Shown: positions 13,130 to 27,231 of the stretch, one piece after another
How positions within the stretch are numbered: position 1 is the first letter of the stretch
How the letters are laid out: every line of letters begins with the position of its first letter
Assembly: GCF_036321535.1 (NCBI RefSeq)
Contig: NC_087436.1
Span: 16,988,001 to 17,052,000 of the forward strand
DNA from: Camelus dromedarius
Lineage: Eukaryota
Direction of reading: 5' to 3'
DNA: 64,000 nucleotides
Notes under the pieces: model-generated
Told to the model about the DNA's origin: nothing
Databases searched by the model: none
Seen by the model: only the letters and a program-made list of their open reading frames with translations
Position numbers and translations under genes: made by a program

Positions 13130-13560
13130 CTGTCTCTGTGATGGGCATCATCTTTCTCCCCTGTGCTGAAGTCCCAACCTGGGGACTCATTCTTTATCTC
13201 TTCCTTCTCCTTTCTCCTCTAATACCTGTCCTTGATCTGTCTGGTCTTTCTGCCTCCATCTGTAGTCCGACCCCTGAATAACGAACAGCCACTACAATAG
13301 CCTATAGATGGTTTCTTTGGTTTTATTCTTGGCCCTATACAATCTATTCTCTAAAGACCAACCAATGACCTTTAAGACACGTAAGTCAAATCATGGTGCC
13401 ACCTTGCTTAAAAACCCTTTCAAGTCTTCACTGTACTTAGAATAACGTCTATTCCCCTTACCCTGACCTGCCAAGCTCGCCACAGCCTGATCACAGCCTG
13501 CTTTTCCAACCTCATCTTGGTCGTATGGCATTCTCTCTGCTCTCCATACCTGTCCGGCTT
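13130..13560 (+). mobile_element. L2 internal fragment
   Basis: tactacaatagcct-like motif and aagtcaaatcatggtgccaccttgcttaaaaccctt, typical L2 body. Confidence 0.65.
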
Positions 13561-15004
13561 TTTCCCAACCTTGAGGCATATTGTTCTTTGTGGGTGGAGT
13601 GCTGAAGGCTTGCCCTGTTTGGTTCTGGACTGAGGCATTATCATTTCTTTCTGTTTAGAAATGATGCAGTCACCCAAGTGCCTTGAGTTCTCTGCTGGTG
13701 TCTTTGACACAAACATGAAAATTGAAGTCTTAGTTTTTGTTTTTGTTTCTTAATCATGGTTCTCATTTTTTTGGCATTGAAAGTACAAGCTCATTAGTGA
13801 CTTTAGGGTATTGAAATTACTAAAGGCAACAAAAGATCAGAGCTTTGAATGACATTCACAGTCATGCGATTGTATTGAGACTTTTTTCCTGGCTTGCTGC
13901 TGGTTATTTTTCTTTATATCCCCTTATTTGTTGCAGAGACTTGTTGCAATTGCTGTAAATGTTTATATCTACTTATTAGAGTGATTACTTTGCATTTATG
14001 TCTCAGCAGTGTGCATACTGTAACTCAACCAAAATGTAAGCTATTAAAAATGACTGCTGGGCCTGAGTTAATTAAACAAAGGAGGCTGAGTCTTTTTGTG
14101 GGTGTAGTATACGGCTTGTTTGGACAGGAGTTTTTAGATATTATGAAGTAGAAAATGCAAAAAATAAAAAAAGAAGAAAAGCATTGTATCTGGATAGACC
14201 CACATGCCTGAACCACAGTTGCTAATTTTTATACAACAGAATAGATAGTTTGTGTTTGATTATGATTCTCCTTTTCAGAAATTTATATTCTGGCCAGCAC
14301 TAGGCAGAATGTAGATTTTTGTGCCATTTCCAAATTTCTTTCTCCTTAGTTCTCCCCACTACCTGCACCCACCTATTTATTTTTTTCTCCTCAGTGAAGG
14401 ACAGTGTTAGCAGCAGCAACAGCACTTGAATTAACTTAATTTATTTTTCTGTGTGTTTGCAGAATGGTTCAAGGTCCATAGCAAGGTGAATTTTTCTCAG
14501 ACTATGCACACACTCTTTAACTGCAGAGCTCACCCAAGGGTAAAAGTACTGATTGCTGGGAACCATTAGGAACCCCCTCCTTTTCTTCCTGTAGAAAAAG
14601 AGTTGCTTAAGGCCTGAAACATAAGATCTTTCTCTAACCATCTAGTTAGAGGCAATTTCAACATGTATGTTTTAGGGAGTTAATAGGTGATAACAGGCAA
14701 TTCTAAACCTGTTTGGATAGACTAATAATATTCAGTCCACATTTATGATCATCAGTTGGCAATACCTTTTCTAAAAATGGTAACATTATGCTGTCCAGGT
14801 TAAAGCATTATTTTAGAAATTCTAGTATTGGCTTTTAATGGGTCTAAAAAGAGTTTTTTTTTTTTTTGATTCAAAGTATATTAAAGATCATTCAAGTTTT
14901 GTTGTAGGAAAATTATTTTCTATGCCCCCTCTTTCTCACTGAAAAAAAAAAGAGAATTACTGAGAATGACAAGAAAAATAAAAAATTTTAAGGTATTTTA
15001 AGGG

Positions 15005-15055
15005 TTGTTAGTACAAGGTTGTAGATAACCTTGTTAGTACAAGGATGTAGACAAC
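15005..15055. repeat. Tandem duplication, two copies of about 26 bp
   Basis: ttgttagtacaaggttgtagataacc followed by ttgttagtacaaggatgtagacaac. Confidence 0.85.
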
Positions 15056-18000
15056 ATTTTCTGATTTCCTGCTGGGGTGGTTGAGCTGACAGTGTTACCA
15101 TTAACTGAGGTAGGGAATATAAGAGAAAGACGACTTGCGCAGAGTAATTCTAAGCAGGGGCTAGTTTGTAGATCATTGAGTTGTAGATGCCCACCAGGCA
15201 GTTACGTAAGTGTCTGTGTAATGAGAGTGGCCACTTATCCCATTGGTACCAGAATTGGTTTTACTAATCTAATTTACTAGGTCGTACACAGTCTTTTCCT
15301 TCCTTGCCATCGTATATTCTATAACCTATCCAGAGTTGTGTAAGAGGATGACATTTCCTAAAATAAGAGAAGTTCATTTTGGTCAAAGACCTATTTGGGA
15401 GTTATAGTCAGTCACCTATTAGAGCCTCCAACATGAGTCTGAAATTCAGAAATCAAAGCTGGCCATTTAGGTTTAATTGTTTGGGCACATTCCACCAGAT
15501 AGTGGATGGCAAAAGAGAAACTTGCAAGCAATCAAGTTCTACCCACACAGTTTATTAGCGGAAGAGGACATGAGAGCAACATGGAGGTGGAGGCATCTAA
15601 GCTAATGCTTCCTCCCTCCTGTTCCCTCATGGGCTATTGTCAGGGTGAATGCTATGGTGAGCAATCTGCTTGTGGTGAGCAATCATCCAGGTCACAGAAA
15701 ATTGTACTATGAAGGATAAATACAGCTGTCGGATGCATTATTACCAGGTAATCTTTCATTAAAGAATGGAGTTTTCATGGGAGGACTGCTAGTGGGAAGA
15801 GAGGCACTTTCCAGGTGTATTACTGGAGAGGCTACAAATATAAGACCTCAAAAATTGTGTTGGACTATTGAAAATGCATTATAATAGAGGGAAGGGATTG
15901 ATAGAAAATGATTGGAAATATATTTATTCCATTAAAACTGAATATTGAAGTAAATGATAAAGAGTAACCAGGGATACACTGATTAGTAAGCCAGTCTTAC
16001 TGGTTTGGTTCATAGGATGTTTTTATTTTTTATTGAGTTCTATCTTAAAAATAAAGATTCTTTTATTATGAAAACTCAATAGCATTAGAGTTGGCAATAA
16101 AACATATTTGAAGTGCATCTCATATCTTTCTGATTATATTTCTAAGTTGAAAGCGTCTGTATAATAGAAGGTTGTTATGGTTATTGTTATTATTTTTGAT
16201 ATTTAACAGACTGTGACACTTGGCTTCAAAATGCTCATCTACATATATCTATCTGGATATATAAATCTATTAAGTGTGCAGTTAAATATTGTATGCATAT
16301 TTATGTATCTGGGAAGCAAAACTCAGAATTTTAAGAATCATAGCTGAGTCTTTTTAGAACCATTAATTTAGTACTTTGACTTTTTTTAATTGATTGTGCA
16401 ACTTATTTTTCCAACTTATTATAGTAATATTTCACACTTTATTAATCTGTTCATTTTTAGTAACTTCTTTTCTAGTGTTCGTAGAGCTAACACCAGTAAG
16501 ATGCAAAATTGGAAACACTCTAATTTTGTAGTTTTTTTAACGCAAATATTGATGTTTGCATTTAACTAAGATAAAAAAAAGAAGTTTTAATCATTGTTAT
16601 GCTTATCTTGTATTTCAAATTCTAGACAATTTCTCATTAACAGATTTATTATACTTAAGAGGATTCCAGTAGATTGATTAAGAAATCCTATTCTGTTTAT
16701 ATATATGCATATATATTTATATGCATGTATATTTAATTACAGAGATATCCTTGAGCCCATAAAGCATGACAGCAAAGCAGGTCAATTTCTTAAACAACAG
16801 TATTTCATTGAGTACCTTGGTGGTTGTAATTAACGTTTCTGTTTAGTTCTAATTATAGTTTTTGTATCACAGCCATTATGCTAATGGTGTTATTCAGTAG
16901 TATGTGAGATTGCATTCATTATCACTGGTGAATTAAACCTTTATTAAAGAAAAATTCCCGCAGGCCTCATTCTGGAGTTAAGTAATTATTCATTTGGTTT
17001 TATCCTAGCAATTAGCTTATATACTGTAGCACTCATTATTGAGTTTCTATACCTCACTGAATGAGATTAACCCACCATGGTAAATAAATGCCTAACAGCT
17101 CCCAAGCTCACAATGTGTTGCTTTTTAAGCATATTATTATGTAACAAAATAAGGAATCAGAATGCACTGAAGCAGCATTCTGGCTTCCAACAAATAATGT
17201 ACTTGCTGGGAAGACTATGTTGGACATTTTGTGTTTTATTCAGAATTTTAAAAATAATGCAGTTGAAGCCCTCCAATGCTAAGTTCACCTTTGTGGGTGT
17301 ATGTTTTCCTTTGTTTAATTCCATTCCATTACTTGCTTGCTTGCTTGTTGAATTATGTTACTATGCCCATTTGATGTTGATAAAAGCCTTTTTCAATAGC
17401 ACAGACTCTAAATAGAACATCCAATTAGATCTCCATTCCAAAAGTATTTGGAAAGGGCTAGATCATTGAAGTCTTTTAGCTGGATGAGATCCTGAGCCAT
17501 TCATTATAAATCACTAGACTTTGTTTGATCTACAGTTTTAGTAAAAATATTTTAAATCAATGCTCTGCTTTTTACATAGCCATTCATGCCATCAAAAGAT
17601 CCACCTTCTTACTGTACAATAGAAAAGACTACCCTTGTTTTCAGATTCATGATCAGATGGTGTTACCTTCTGAGATAAGTGTCACTATCACCTTTTTTCT
17701 TCTTGGGAATTAGTCTACCTACTCTGCCTCCTCAATTTTTTTTTTCCTAGAATTTGCTTAGTTCATAAAACACTGCAAATTAAAGTATAAAATGGAGTCC
17801 TTTGGGGTCATATTTGCTTCTTTTCAGTAACAAAGAAGAGAATTATCGCTTTTCTCTTTACACTTCTTAATGCAATCTGGAATCTGTGTGTTGAGGGACA
17901 ACCTCAAAAACAGCAGCGTGAAGTCTGTAATCATGGCAATGATGTATCTGGAAAGATTCTATTAACAACTTTTCATAATGTATTTATGTTCTGGACCTGA

Positions 18001-19019
18001 AATGAAAGTGATATGAAAATGAATTTAGAAGTTTTCAAAATTTGATTGTTTCCAATTCCTAGGACATCCCAAATATATTTTTGAAAAGTGAATGGTATTT
18101 TCTTAGGGAGCATTTTTATCATCTTGGGATTAGTTTGCTCATTTTAGCATAACTGGTTTTTATGCCTGTTTTACAACCAGGATATGCTTCATGGTGCTGG
18201 ATTACTGGTAAACAATTGTAAGGCAAATTAATACATTTATTTGTGAGTGCCTTTTTTGAGTAAATAAATAGTGCATGGTAACCATATATTTTTTTTTACA
18301 TGCTGGTACAGGCATTGAAATACCTAATACTATAGCAATACCAATAAACTTATACAAAGAGTTTTATATGTTAAAAGAATTAACTATCAAGAAAAAAAAC
18401 TATAAAAATATATTTATACCTGTCTATCTATCTACCTATCTATATATCTAATTATCTTTTAAAAACACTGTTTTTAAACCACAGTGATTAGGAGCGGGTC
18501 TACTAATGGCATATTAACAATGCTTATGCTCTTTGAAAAGAAGACTTTTACATGTCAGTAGTCACATAAAGACCATCCTTTAATATCTGACAGTGGCCTT
18601 TAATTGAAGATCTGTTTGTTGCTCTTTGTCCTTTGTACATTACCTAATGTTTCTGAATACTTTATTTTTCTGGGTATCATCTTGTTTCCTCTGTGGCAAT
18701 CGTTATTCCAAAAGGTCTAGGCATGCAACACACTATTCGTTGTCAAGCTTTGGCGCACTCTCTTGGACCTCATCTTGGGCTCTTTGCACATGGCTGTCTT
18801 CCTCACCTCACTTGGGGGTCTGGTTCATTGTGCCAGGCTGTCCCTCTTCAGGATTACCCTCCTTCTTCTGCCCAGATCTTCACTCCATCACCCTGTGTGA
18901 GGCCAGAGGAATATGCACCCCCCTGCCCGGTGTGGGTGCCCACCTTGCTGAGTCTCCTCTAGTGACTTTAGGACTGCCTTGTTCAGGAAAGGGAAGGAAG
19001 AAAAAGAAGAGGGGACTCC

Positions 19020-19200
19020 CTGGATTCTTAACCTGACTCTGCTACTTAAAATTGATGTGACCTGTGAATGTTACTCTATGTTCCTCTTAATGGAAATAAT
19101 GAGTGCCTTTCTCTTAGAGTTGCTCTTAGATCAAATGCATGGATAGATGTCAAGCTCTTAGAACAGTAAATACCTCTAAATGATAGAGGTTTATAATTAT
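19020..19200 (+). mobile_element. MIR SINE
   Basis: ttcttaacctgactctgctactta...tgtgacct...aatggaaataat. Confidence 0.6.
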
Positions 19201-20489
19201 GATCATCATTATTTTAAAATTTAAGTGACATACCCAAAATATCATAACCTAGGTCGCATGGCAGAATTGGGACCTATGACACCTACTCCTGAAACAGTGT
19301 TTTTCCCTCTGTACACCATGCTTTTTGGGATGAATACTTTTGAAAAATACATAGTGTATCTTATTGAATTTATATTTAATACTCAAGCTAATATTGTCAA
19401 TATGATCAGTCATTGGCATTAAGTGACTCAAATATGAAGTACTCATATTAAACTCTAAAAAGTTTTCTATTCCTGCTTTGATATTTTCTCTCCAGCAACA
19501 TTTGTCCATATTTTGAAACAGAGAGAAATGAAATGATTCTTTACCTCTAAGAGCTGTAACTCTTGCTTCCTTTGAATCTGTTTAAACTAAGACTCACCTT
19601 TCCCATCATTGATTGATATTTATTAAATGGTTGTTTTATTAGGATTTTAGGAGACAGTGTGTGCAGTCTACAAGATTGTATTTTACTTGGAAAAATAACA
19701 AGTGTATATATTCCAGATATCCTCAACCTGTAAGTACAAATGAAATCACATTAATGCTAACACCCAAATTTCACCTAATGATAACCTGAGCTAATTGCAA
19801 GGAATTCTATACCTATTAGGAAATCTCACCCCATGCATTCCTGGAAGATCCTTGAAGGACTCTGATGGATTCTAATACACAAGAGCACTTGTGCATTCCT
19901 TTTGTCCTCAGATCCCTTGAGGAAGGCTCAGGCCATTGTGCTATTCCCTGCTGCTGTGCTGTCCATGAAACTGCTCGTGAGTGTGTCTGCTGGTGGTCCA
20001 AAGCTGCAGAACCCTAGAAGGGACAAACCATGCCATGTTTCTTCTAAGCCTTATTGAGCCAGACCTCTGTTTGGTGACTTAATGGGAAGACTGTCCCTCT
20101 GGGATAAATCTATATCATGACAGTCTTGTGACTTGGTACCTAGGCTGCAGTCTCTACCCCATGTATCAGAATGCCCTGCAGCTCTTTGCTATATAGAGGT
20201 CCACCAACTCTTGCTGCAGGACAGGGGATAGATCCAGACTGTCAGAACATAGGTGTCTGCGACGTCTGCATCATCTCAGGTGAGTTCCGTCTTGCACCTG
20301 CCATTACCCAGGCAAGAAAGACAAGTCCTACACCACTAGGACCACTGCCCACCTCCTGTCAAAGACTGCTGAAACTCTTGTTCACTAGCTTCCAGTCACA
20401 GTGCCCTTCTTCTTGTTATTTGAATGAGCCTTGGAGGCTTTGCACGTGCGTCTCCACTCTAAAACAATCAGTTTTAGCCAGCAGTTATT

Positions 20490-20720
20490 GTACATGAACT
20501 CTATTCCTGGCACTACTCTAAGTAACTTACATGTGTTTACTTGTCTAATTCCCCAAAACAACTTTATGAGATAAGTGTTACTAATCATTTAGAGGTGAAC
20601 ACACAGAAACACATAGCTTAAGAAATTTGCCCAAGGCCACACATTTGAAGGTGCATTGAGTCAGGATCTGAACCCAGGCATGAGATGCCAGAGCCTCGTA
20701 CTCTTTGATACACTAAGCTG
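20490..20720 (-). mobile_element. MIR SINE
   Basis: ctggcactactctaagta...aaatttgcccaaggccacac...ggatctgaacccaggc. Confidence 0.8.
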
Positions 20721-20819
20721 CCCATGGCTTTCTGCATGACTGACTCTCTACTTCCTGCAAAGCAACACTGCTGTCTGGAATGATCTTATTAATCATTTTT
20801 GTCATTTCTTTTATGGCCA

Positions 20820-21045
20820 CCTAATAACTAACTGTGTGCCAGAGAATATTCTAAATGCTTTACACAGGCTAATTCATATAATCCTCGAGCTAATTAGGAA
20901 GGTGTATTATACTTTAGAGATGAGACAGTCAAAGCTTAGAAATGTAAAGTAACTTGCCCAAGGTCACACAGCTAATTACTAGTTTAGCCGGAATTTGAAC
21001 CCATGCAGCCTGGCTCCAGAGTCAGTGCCACTAACCGCTCAGCTC
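20820..21045 (-). mobile_element. MIR SINE
   Basis: aagtaacttgcccaaggtcacacagcta...ggaatttgaacccatgcagcctggctccagag is a near-canonical MIR core. Confidence 0.88.
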
Positions 21046-21659
21046 CTCCTGCTTCCCAGTGAAGGGAGGGACCTGCTGCTTTGAGGTCTCACCTGGGTCA
21101 TCGGCCCTGGAACCCATGGAGGTGCTTAATATTTGTTAAACTGTTAAGTAAATGAATTAATCCATCTTTTCATCAGTCAACACCCAAAGCATAAGCCCTC
21201 ATCCCAATAACATTTTACTTTTCTTTCCTTGATTTTGTCTCCCCTCACTTTTGATAGCCTCAGTTATTCCACTGTGCCCCTAGAACTGCTGGTCCCCAGT
21301 CATCCAGCTCTGCAATGTCCTCACTCTCGTATGTGGTTTCTTCAGCTCCTGGCCTTAATATAAATGTGGCTGTCTCCTGAAGATGCCAGTTCTCTTGTAG
21401 CCCTTTCAAGTATTGGCCTTTTGATTTCTTAAGATCCAGAAACCCCAGAGCAAGATCTAGGATTGAGATGTTTCTGATATCCCACTTTTGCTTACAGACC
21501 ATATATCCTTCTTGTGAAAGATTTTAAAAGGTCTGTGCCATTTGACCATACTACCCACACCATCCAGAACTCCCCAACACACAGAACTTTTTTTTTTTGC
21601 CATTATATCCCCCCAGTCTCAACTTTTACCTTCTATCATAACTGTTCCATTTCTGTTTG

Positions 21660-21818
21660 CATTTATCTGTGAGACTGTTTGATTTGATGTGTGTCTCCTG
21701 CCAGCCCCCACTGAAAAGAAGCCCTTTGAAGGCAAGAGTCATGTCTATTTTTGCTTCCTTCTATATCCCAGTTTCCCAGCACAGTGTATGGTACAAAGTA
21801 AATGCTCAATAAATATCT
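21660..21818 (+). mobile_element. L2 3' end fragment
   Basis: tttgaaggcaagagtcatgtctattttg...cccagcacagtgtatggtacaaagtaaatgctcaataaatat. Confidence 0.75.
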
Positions 21819-22889
21819 ACCTCCTGGTTATTCCTGTTTCTTCCTCTTCTCAGCAGAGAGGAATTTCTTCTTTACGGGCTCCCTGACCCTTGTGCTTATC
21901 AGCTCTTGTTAACAGGCCCCTGGGAGATCACAGCCTGCTAGTTCATCAGAAAATGGCTAAAGGTCAGTCCTGGTTTAGGTTTAGCTGAGACAGGAAAAAA
22001 ATAGCTTTAATAGAAAGTAGTCTAAGATAAGCCCCGATGAACATCATCAGCTGATTTTTTGAAGATGACAGGGAGGGCTCTCAGACCCTTAGTTTTAACT
22101 TTATGAACACAGCCATATTTCACAAAATGATGTCTTTTGATAGGTTTATGATCTATTGCTGCTTATTTTCCCCTGAAATCTTATCTTTGATATGTGATTA
22201 AATAAAAATGAAGTGAATTGGGGGCAGTGCTGATGGCATATAAACTTTTAAGAAGCCAGCTGTCTTCCCAGAGACCAGATTTCTGTCTGTCTTCTGTGAG
22301 ACTACTTTCAATTTAATTTCCATTTAATGTAGTACAAAGCTTTGTAAGTTGTAAAATGCTATTCAAATAAAAGATTGCTGTTATTGTACTAATAGAAATA
22401 GAATGAAAGATCAAGAGAACTCAATGCCTCTGATCTGAGATGTGTTCCTGGATCTGATGGGCAGGAAGGCACACCCTCTCAGTTTGCTTTTTTCTGTATC
22501 TGGCTCATAATATTTCCTATAACTGGTTAAAAGCAAAAAAAAAAAAAAAAAAAAAAGACTTAAGACTTAAGACTTAGTGGTGTTTTGATCACTTTCTGCC
22601 TTTAGGATAAAGTCAATTTATTTATAAATCAATTTAATTTCATATTGTAATATAAGTCCTCATTCATAGTAGAGAACCAGTGCTCTACCTGCCACTCTGG
22701 GGGAACTTCAGTAAGGAAACTCAGATTTATTTTGAATATTTTTTCCTACTATCAAGCAGACAGGCTAATGCATCGTTCCTTACAAAAAATGTGCATTCTT
22801 TGGTACTTCTGTCAGTTATCCTGTCTTCTCGTGATACCATAGATGCTCCATCTGATTCATGTCCAGTCTTAAGTTGGTCCATTTAGTTG

Positions 22890-24950
22890 TGCCTGAGCTC
22901 CAGCACTTACCTTCTTAAGACCATTGCTCCAGCAGCTCTCACCTTTCTCTCCAAATCATCAATTTTCCTTTTTTACTGAATGTTTTCTATCAGTATACAA
23001 ACATGCTATTTATCCCACATTAAAAAAAAAAAAAAACAGAAAAATTTCTTCCTATCAATTACAACTTTTTTTTGCAGTAAACTGTCTTGAAAGAGTTGTC
23101 TGCATTCATTGTCTTTGATTCCTCTCCTCTTACTGTATGTCAAATCCACTATTGTCCCATCCCTCCCTCCCCATCACTCCACCAATACTGCTCTTGTCAA
23201 GTTTACCAATAACCTTCATTTTGCTAAATCCAATTGTTATCTTACTTGGTCTAGAAGCATTTCCCATGGTTGGTTATTCCCTTCTTGATAGACTTATTTT
23301 TGTTATTGTTGTTGTTCAGAGACATCTTCTGGTTTTCCTCCTCACTCTCTGATTTTTTTCTCTATCAATCTCCTCTGTTGATTCTCACCTCCCTACCACC
23401 TTAATATTGCAGTTCCCCAAGCCCCAGTCCTTGGCCCTCCTCCCTTCTCTGTTCATATTCACTCTCTTTGTGATCTCCTCTATCTCACGGCTTTAAATAT
23501 CATATATATGCTGATCACTCGAAATCTTCCATTTCCAGCCCAGACCTTGCTCCCAAGTCCAGGTTCATTTATATACCTGCTTAGCCAATATATCCACTTT
23601 AGATTCAACAGATACTCCATATTCAATATATCCAAAATTCCTGATTTTCTGGTTCAAATTGACCCCACTTACATTCTTACCATCTTAGTAAATACCAATT
23701 CCATCCTTCCCACTCTCCAAGGCGATCTAGGAGCATCTTTGACTCCTTTCTTTCTCTTACTTCTACATCTAATCTGTCATGAAATCCTATTGGCTGTACC
23801 TTCAGTTATATCTGACTACTAATCATCTCTGCTGCCACCCTAGTCTGAGCATCCTCTTGCTTGGGTTATGGCAGTAGCATCCTAGCATGCTGCCCTGATG
23901 CTATCCTTGCCTCTCCCTGCCACCACCTATTTCCAGAACAGCAGCCAGAATGATCATTCAAACATATGTAAGGTTGTGTCTTTACTCGGATCAAAACCCT
24001 TCATCAGTATCCCACTCAGCTTGCTAGGACCAAATTCATTTCAATAGCCTTTAAAATCTTGTATTATCTGGCCCCCTGAAACATTCTGTCTTCATCTCTT
24101 ACTATTTTCCTCTTTATCCACTCTGCTCGTATCATACTGGCTGCCTTATTTTTTCTTAAAGACAACAGCCACACACAGACCATTCCTTCTTCTTGGAATA
24201 TTCCTTACCCAAATTTTCAACTGGCTAAACTCCCTGTCTCCTTCAAGTCTTAGTTCAGTTGATACCTTCTCAGTTATGTCTACTCTGACCACTCTTATTT
24301 TGTAACACCTTCTCCTGATTCCCAAACTACCTATCTCCTTTCCCTACTCCATCATTGTTTTTATTATTTACTTATTACCTTCTAACATACCATACTGGCT
24401 ATTTTTCATTTACCCCTTCAGAGCCATTCTTCCACCCTACTCTGTGCCCTCAGCATCAACAGTCTGTGGTCCTTTGGGTTCCAGCTGAGTGTAGCCTAGT
24501 GGGCAGCAGCGCTAGATCAGAGGGCAGAGGGGCAGTGAGGCTGGGGTATTTATTTCCTCAGCTCCTTCCCTGCTGTGTCTCTGCCACTTGGCTGTTTTGC
24601 TCTACTGAAAGCCACATGACCCTTTCTGAGTTTTAATAACTATACTCTTTTCTTGTTCCATCAAGCCTACCATATAACAGTTCCCTGAAATTGGTAGCCT
24701 TGGAATTTTGCACCAGCCCTTGTTGGTTTCCCTAAACCTCACCCTTACCTTTTTGAAGTAATGTTTTTATTAAGTATGTCATCTCTTTCCCACTGAGATC
24801 CTAACTGAAATGTACTTAATTATTGTCTGTATTCCCTAACAGTGACCTTTGTCTGTTTTGTTCACTGATGCATCCCCAAAACTTAGAACAGTTCCTGGCA
24901 TGTGGTATTCACTCAATACATATTTGTTGTCAGTATGAATAAGAAAATGA
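22890..24950 (+). mobile_element. Long L2 (L2a-like) copy interrupted by an LTR
   Basis: actgctcttgtcaag...accaataaccttc, ggctttaaatatcatatatatgctgat, agcagccagaatgatc, and a 3' end cttagaacagttcctggcatgtggtattcactcaatacatatttgttg. Confidence 0.85.
24392..24811 (+). mobile_element. LTR33-like ERVL solo LTR inserted in L2
   Basis: Starts tactggctattttt...ccaccctactctgtgccc, contains gtgaggctggggtatttatttcctcagctcc, and ends tgtcatctctttcccactgagatcctaactga. Confidence 0.65.
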
Positions 24951-26604
24951 ATTAAGGATTCTCATCGTATCTTTTCTCTCTCCTCTAATAATGTGGTTCT
25001 CAGTATCCTTATTCAGATATTCTACCAAATTTAAGATCATTGTATATCAGCGTTGGAAAGGGTTTTTTCGTGGACATCTATTCTCCTAATCAACATTCCT
25101 GAAAAGTAGTTATCTGGCCACATAGTCAGTGACAGAACACTGTTGCCTACAACAGAATATTTTCATTTTCAAACCACTAATTATTTAATAATATGTCATT
25201 AAAATGATTCACTTCTGTCTCTGAAATGCACATTCTTTTCTCCTAATTCTACCTTCTGGAGTTATAGGGACACATCTTACTTGTCTTCCCTCTGGCATTC
25301 TTCCTAACATTAGTACACAGCTGCTGTGGCGCTCTGCACTTTCAGTCTTCATGAAGGTAAGCAGCCCAACTCTTTTATGGTAAACAGTCCACAGTAATCT
25401 TTGGAACCATCTTTCAGTCATGTTCCTCTTGATAAAAGTCCACAGAAAGAAATTCTATGTTATGCATAGAATTGAATAATTGTTTCGGATGCAGGCCTGA
25501 CTTGTACAGAAAAGGCAGAATAGGCATCTCCCTTGATCAGATTATTGCATTTGTCTTAGTGCAAACTAAGCAAGCACTCCTTAATTGAATGTTATCATTA
25601 TCATACTTCAGTTATGCGCCAACCATGAAGAAAGGCTCTCGGTCTCTATGATACATGCAGCAGACTTCCTTCACTGGAGGGGCTTGCAGCCTAGTGGGAG
25701 GGAGCTGGATAAATGTACAAATGAGGGATGGTAGGTATGGACAGTCTGAGATCAGCAGTTCATTTAAATTATCTGAGTGGCAATATTACAAACACAATAA
25801 AAGAGGAAAAAGATGAATGTCACAAAGCGTTATAATTTTACCTTTGTACCCAACCTAGAAAGAAATATGCAGTTTACTCTAATTTTCTTTCTGATGAGCT
25901 ACTTTGAGATTCAGGGTTTTTTTCCAAGTAGTATGATTGGAAACTTTCTAAAAAGATTCCTATTTATCAAGTCTACTGGTGTTATTTTTATGTTTTACTT
26001 TTGAGCTTTTTTTTAAAGCTAAGTCTGTGTTACTTCTCCAGAAATGCTGAACATCTGATATGACTATTGTAATCATTCCTTTATATTCATTATGATTTTA
26101 ATTTTGATTCTCAGACATCATGTTTTGAAGTACCGTATTTACTTTAAGTTACCTAATCAAAATGTTATAGGTATCTTATAAAAAAAAAAAGTTCATTTTA
26201 AAGGGAAACAAAATAAAACCCCATATGCTTAGTATTGAGGTAGTAGTTACAATAATGCACTATTTAGGGACTCGTAATTTAGCCATTGTGATTTCACAAC
26301 CAATTGTTCCCCATTCCTCAGGGATTAAGAATATGGTTTCCATGGTAATTCTGGATTCTAAAAATGCTCATCTTTCCCCTATATGGATAGTAAATAGTTT
26401 GAGTAGAAAACGACCTGTCTGTTAGCCAGGATTATACTTTAGTGTTGTAAGGAGAAATACACTCCCTGTTTAAAAATAGACTAGTTTCAGGGTACCATAA
26501 TAGGTTCCAAGTCTGTAAAATCACAACCCCTTGATTGCCAGTGTTAACAAAAGCTTGTTCTTTAATTACCTATATTGCATTCGGCTTCTGTTTCCTTCCA
26601 AAAC

Positions 26605-26614
26605 CCAATTATGG
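26605..26614. promoter_or_regulatory. Consensus CArG box (SRF motif) in a repeat-poor block
   Basis: CCAATTATGG fits CC(A/T)6GG. Motif match only; function unproven. Confidence 0.3.
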
Positions 26615-27231
26615 CTAATAGCAGCGGTAAGCTGTGCTCCTGTTGTTTATGGCAGTTCATTTTAAAGTGCTCTGTTTGATCATCATTTGTCTTCATGACT
26701 TAATGAATCAGGTTCAGATTTTCATTGGACACCTCCAGCTTAGTAATCTTCACCTTGCCTGTGTATATAAACTGAATTTTTATATAATGGGATTGTCTTT
26801 TATATTTCCTAACCAGAGGCTGTTCCCTAAATCATGGAAATCATGCTATTTTTCCTAAGTTCTTTCTAACAGTTTTTTTTTTTTTGATGCAGTAATTCCA
26901 ACACCTCACACCAAAGGGATATTTTGAAATTTGTAGAAAAGAAATGGAGAACTTTTATTTATCCCTTCCTCCTACAAATCCATTTTCTCCCAGTGTGTTG
27001 TTCATTGCCTAATCATTCTCTGTAGCTCAGATTCATATGTTCTCCTGCAGAGACTAGCAGTCTGCCTTCTAAAGTTGAATCCAGAATAATTCAGCAGTCT
27101 AATTTCTGATTTAATTTTGCTGCTGTCCAACTGTGGTATAAACCCAGCTCTGAGAATTGAATGTAATTTGTGGCACTTTGCCTCAGTTGAAAATACTTAT
27201 GCCTCTATTCCTCATGCACACCCGAGTCGTT

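Noticed and set aside
17071..17415. Kozak-like cccaccATGg opening a 112-aa ORF
   Set aside because: No promoter or CpG context and no recognisable protein; consistent with chance.
17800..18025. Strong minus-strand splice acceptor at 17996
   Set aside because: Stops occur in all three frames shortly downstream and there is no convincing donor.
21854..21962. Candidate plus-strand exon (acceptor ttcctcttctcag, donor AAG|gtcagt)
   Set aside because: Stops in all frames, adjacent to an L2 end, and no supporting evidence.
22534..22577. Poly-A followed by (AAGACTT)x3 as a retro-insertion or CRISPR-like repeat
   Set aside because: Simple slippage repeat with no TSD, element body or spacers.
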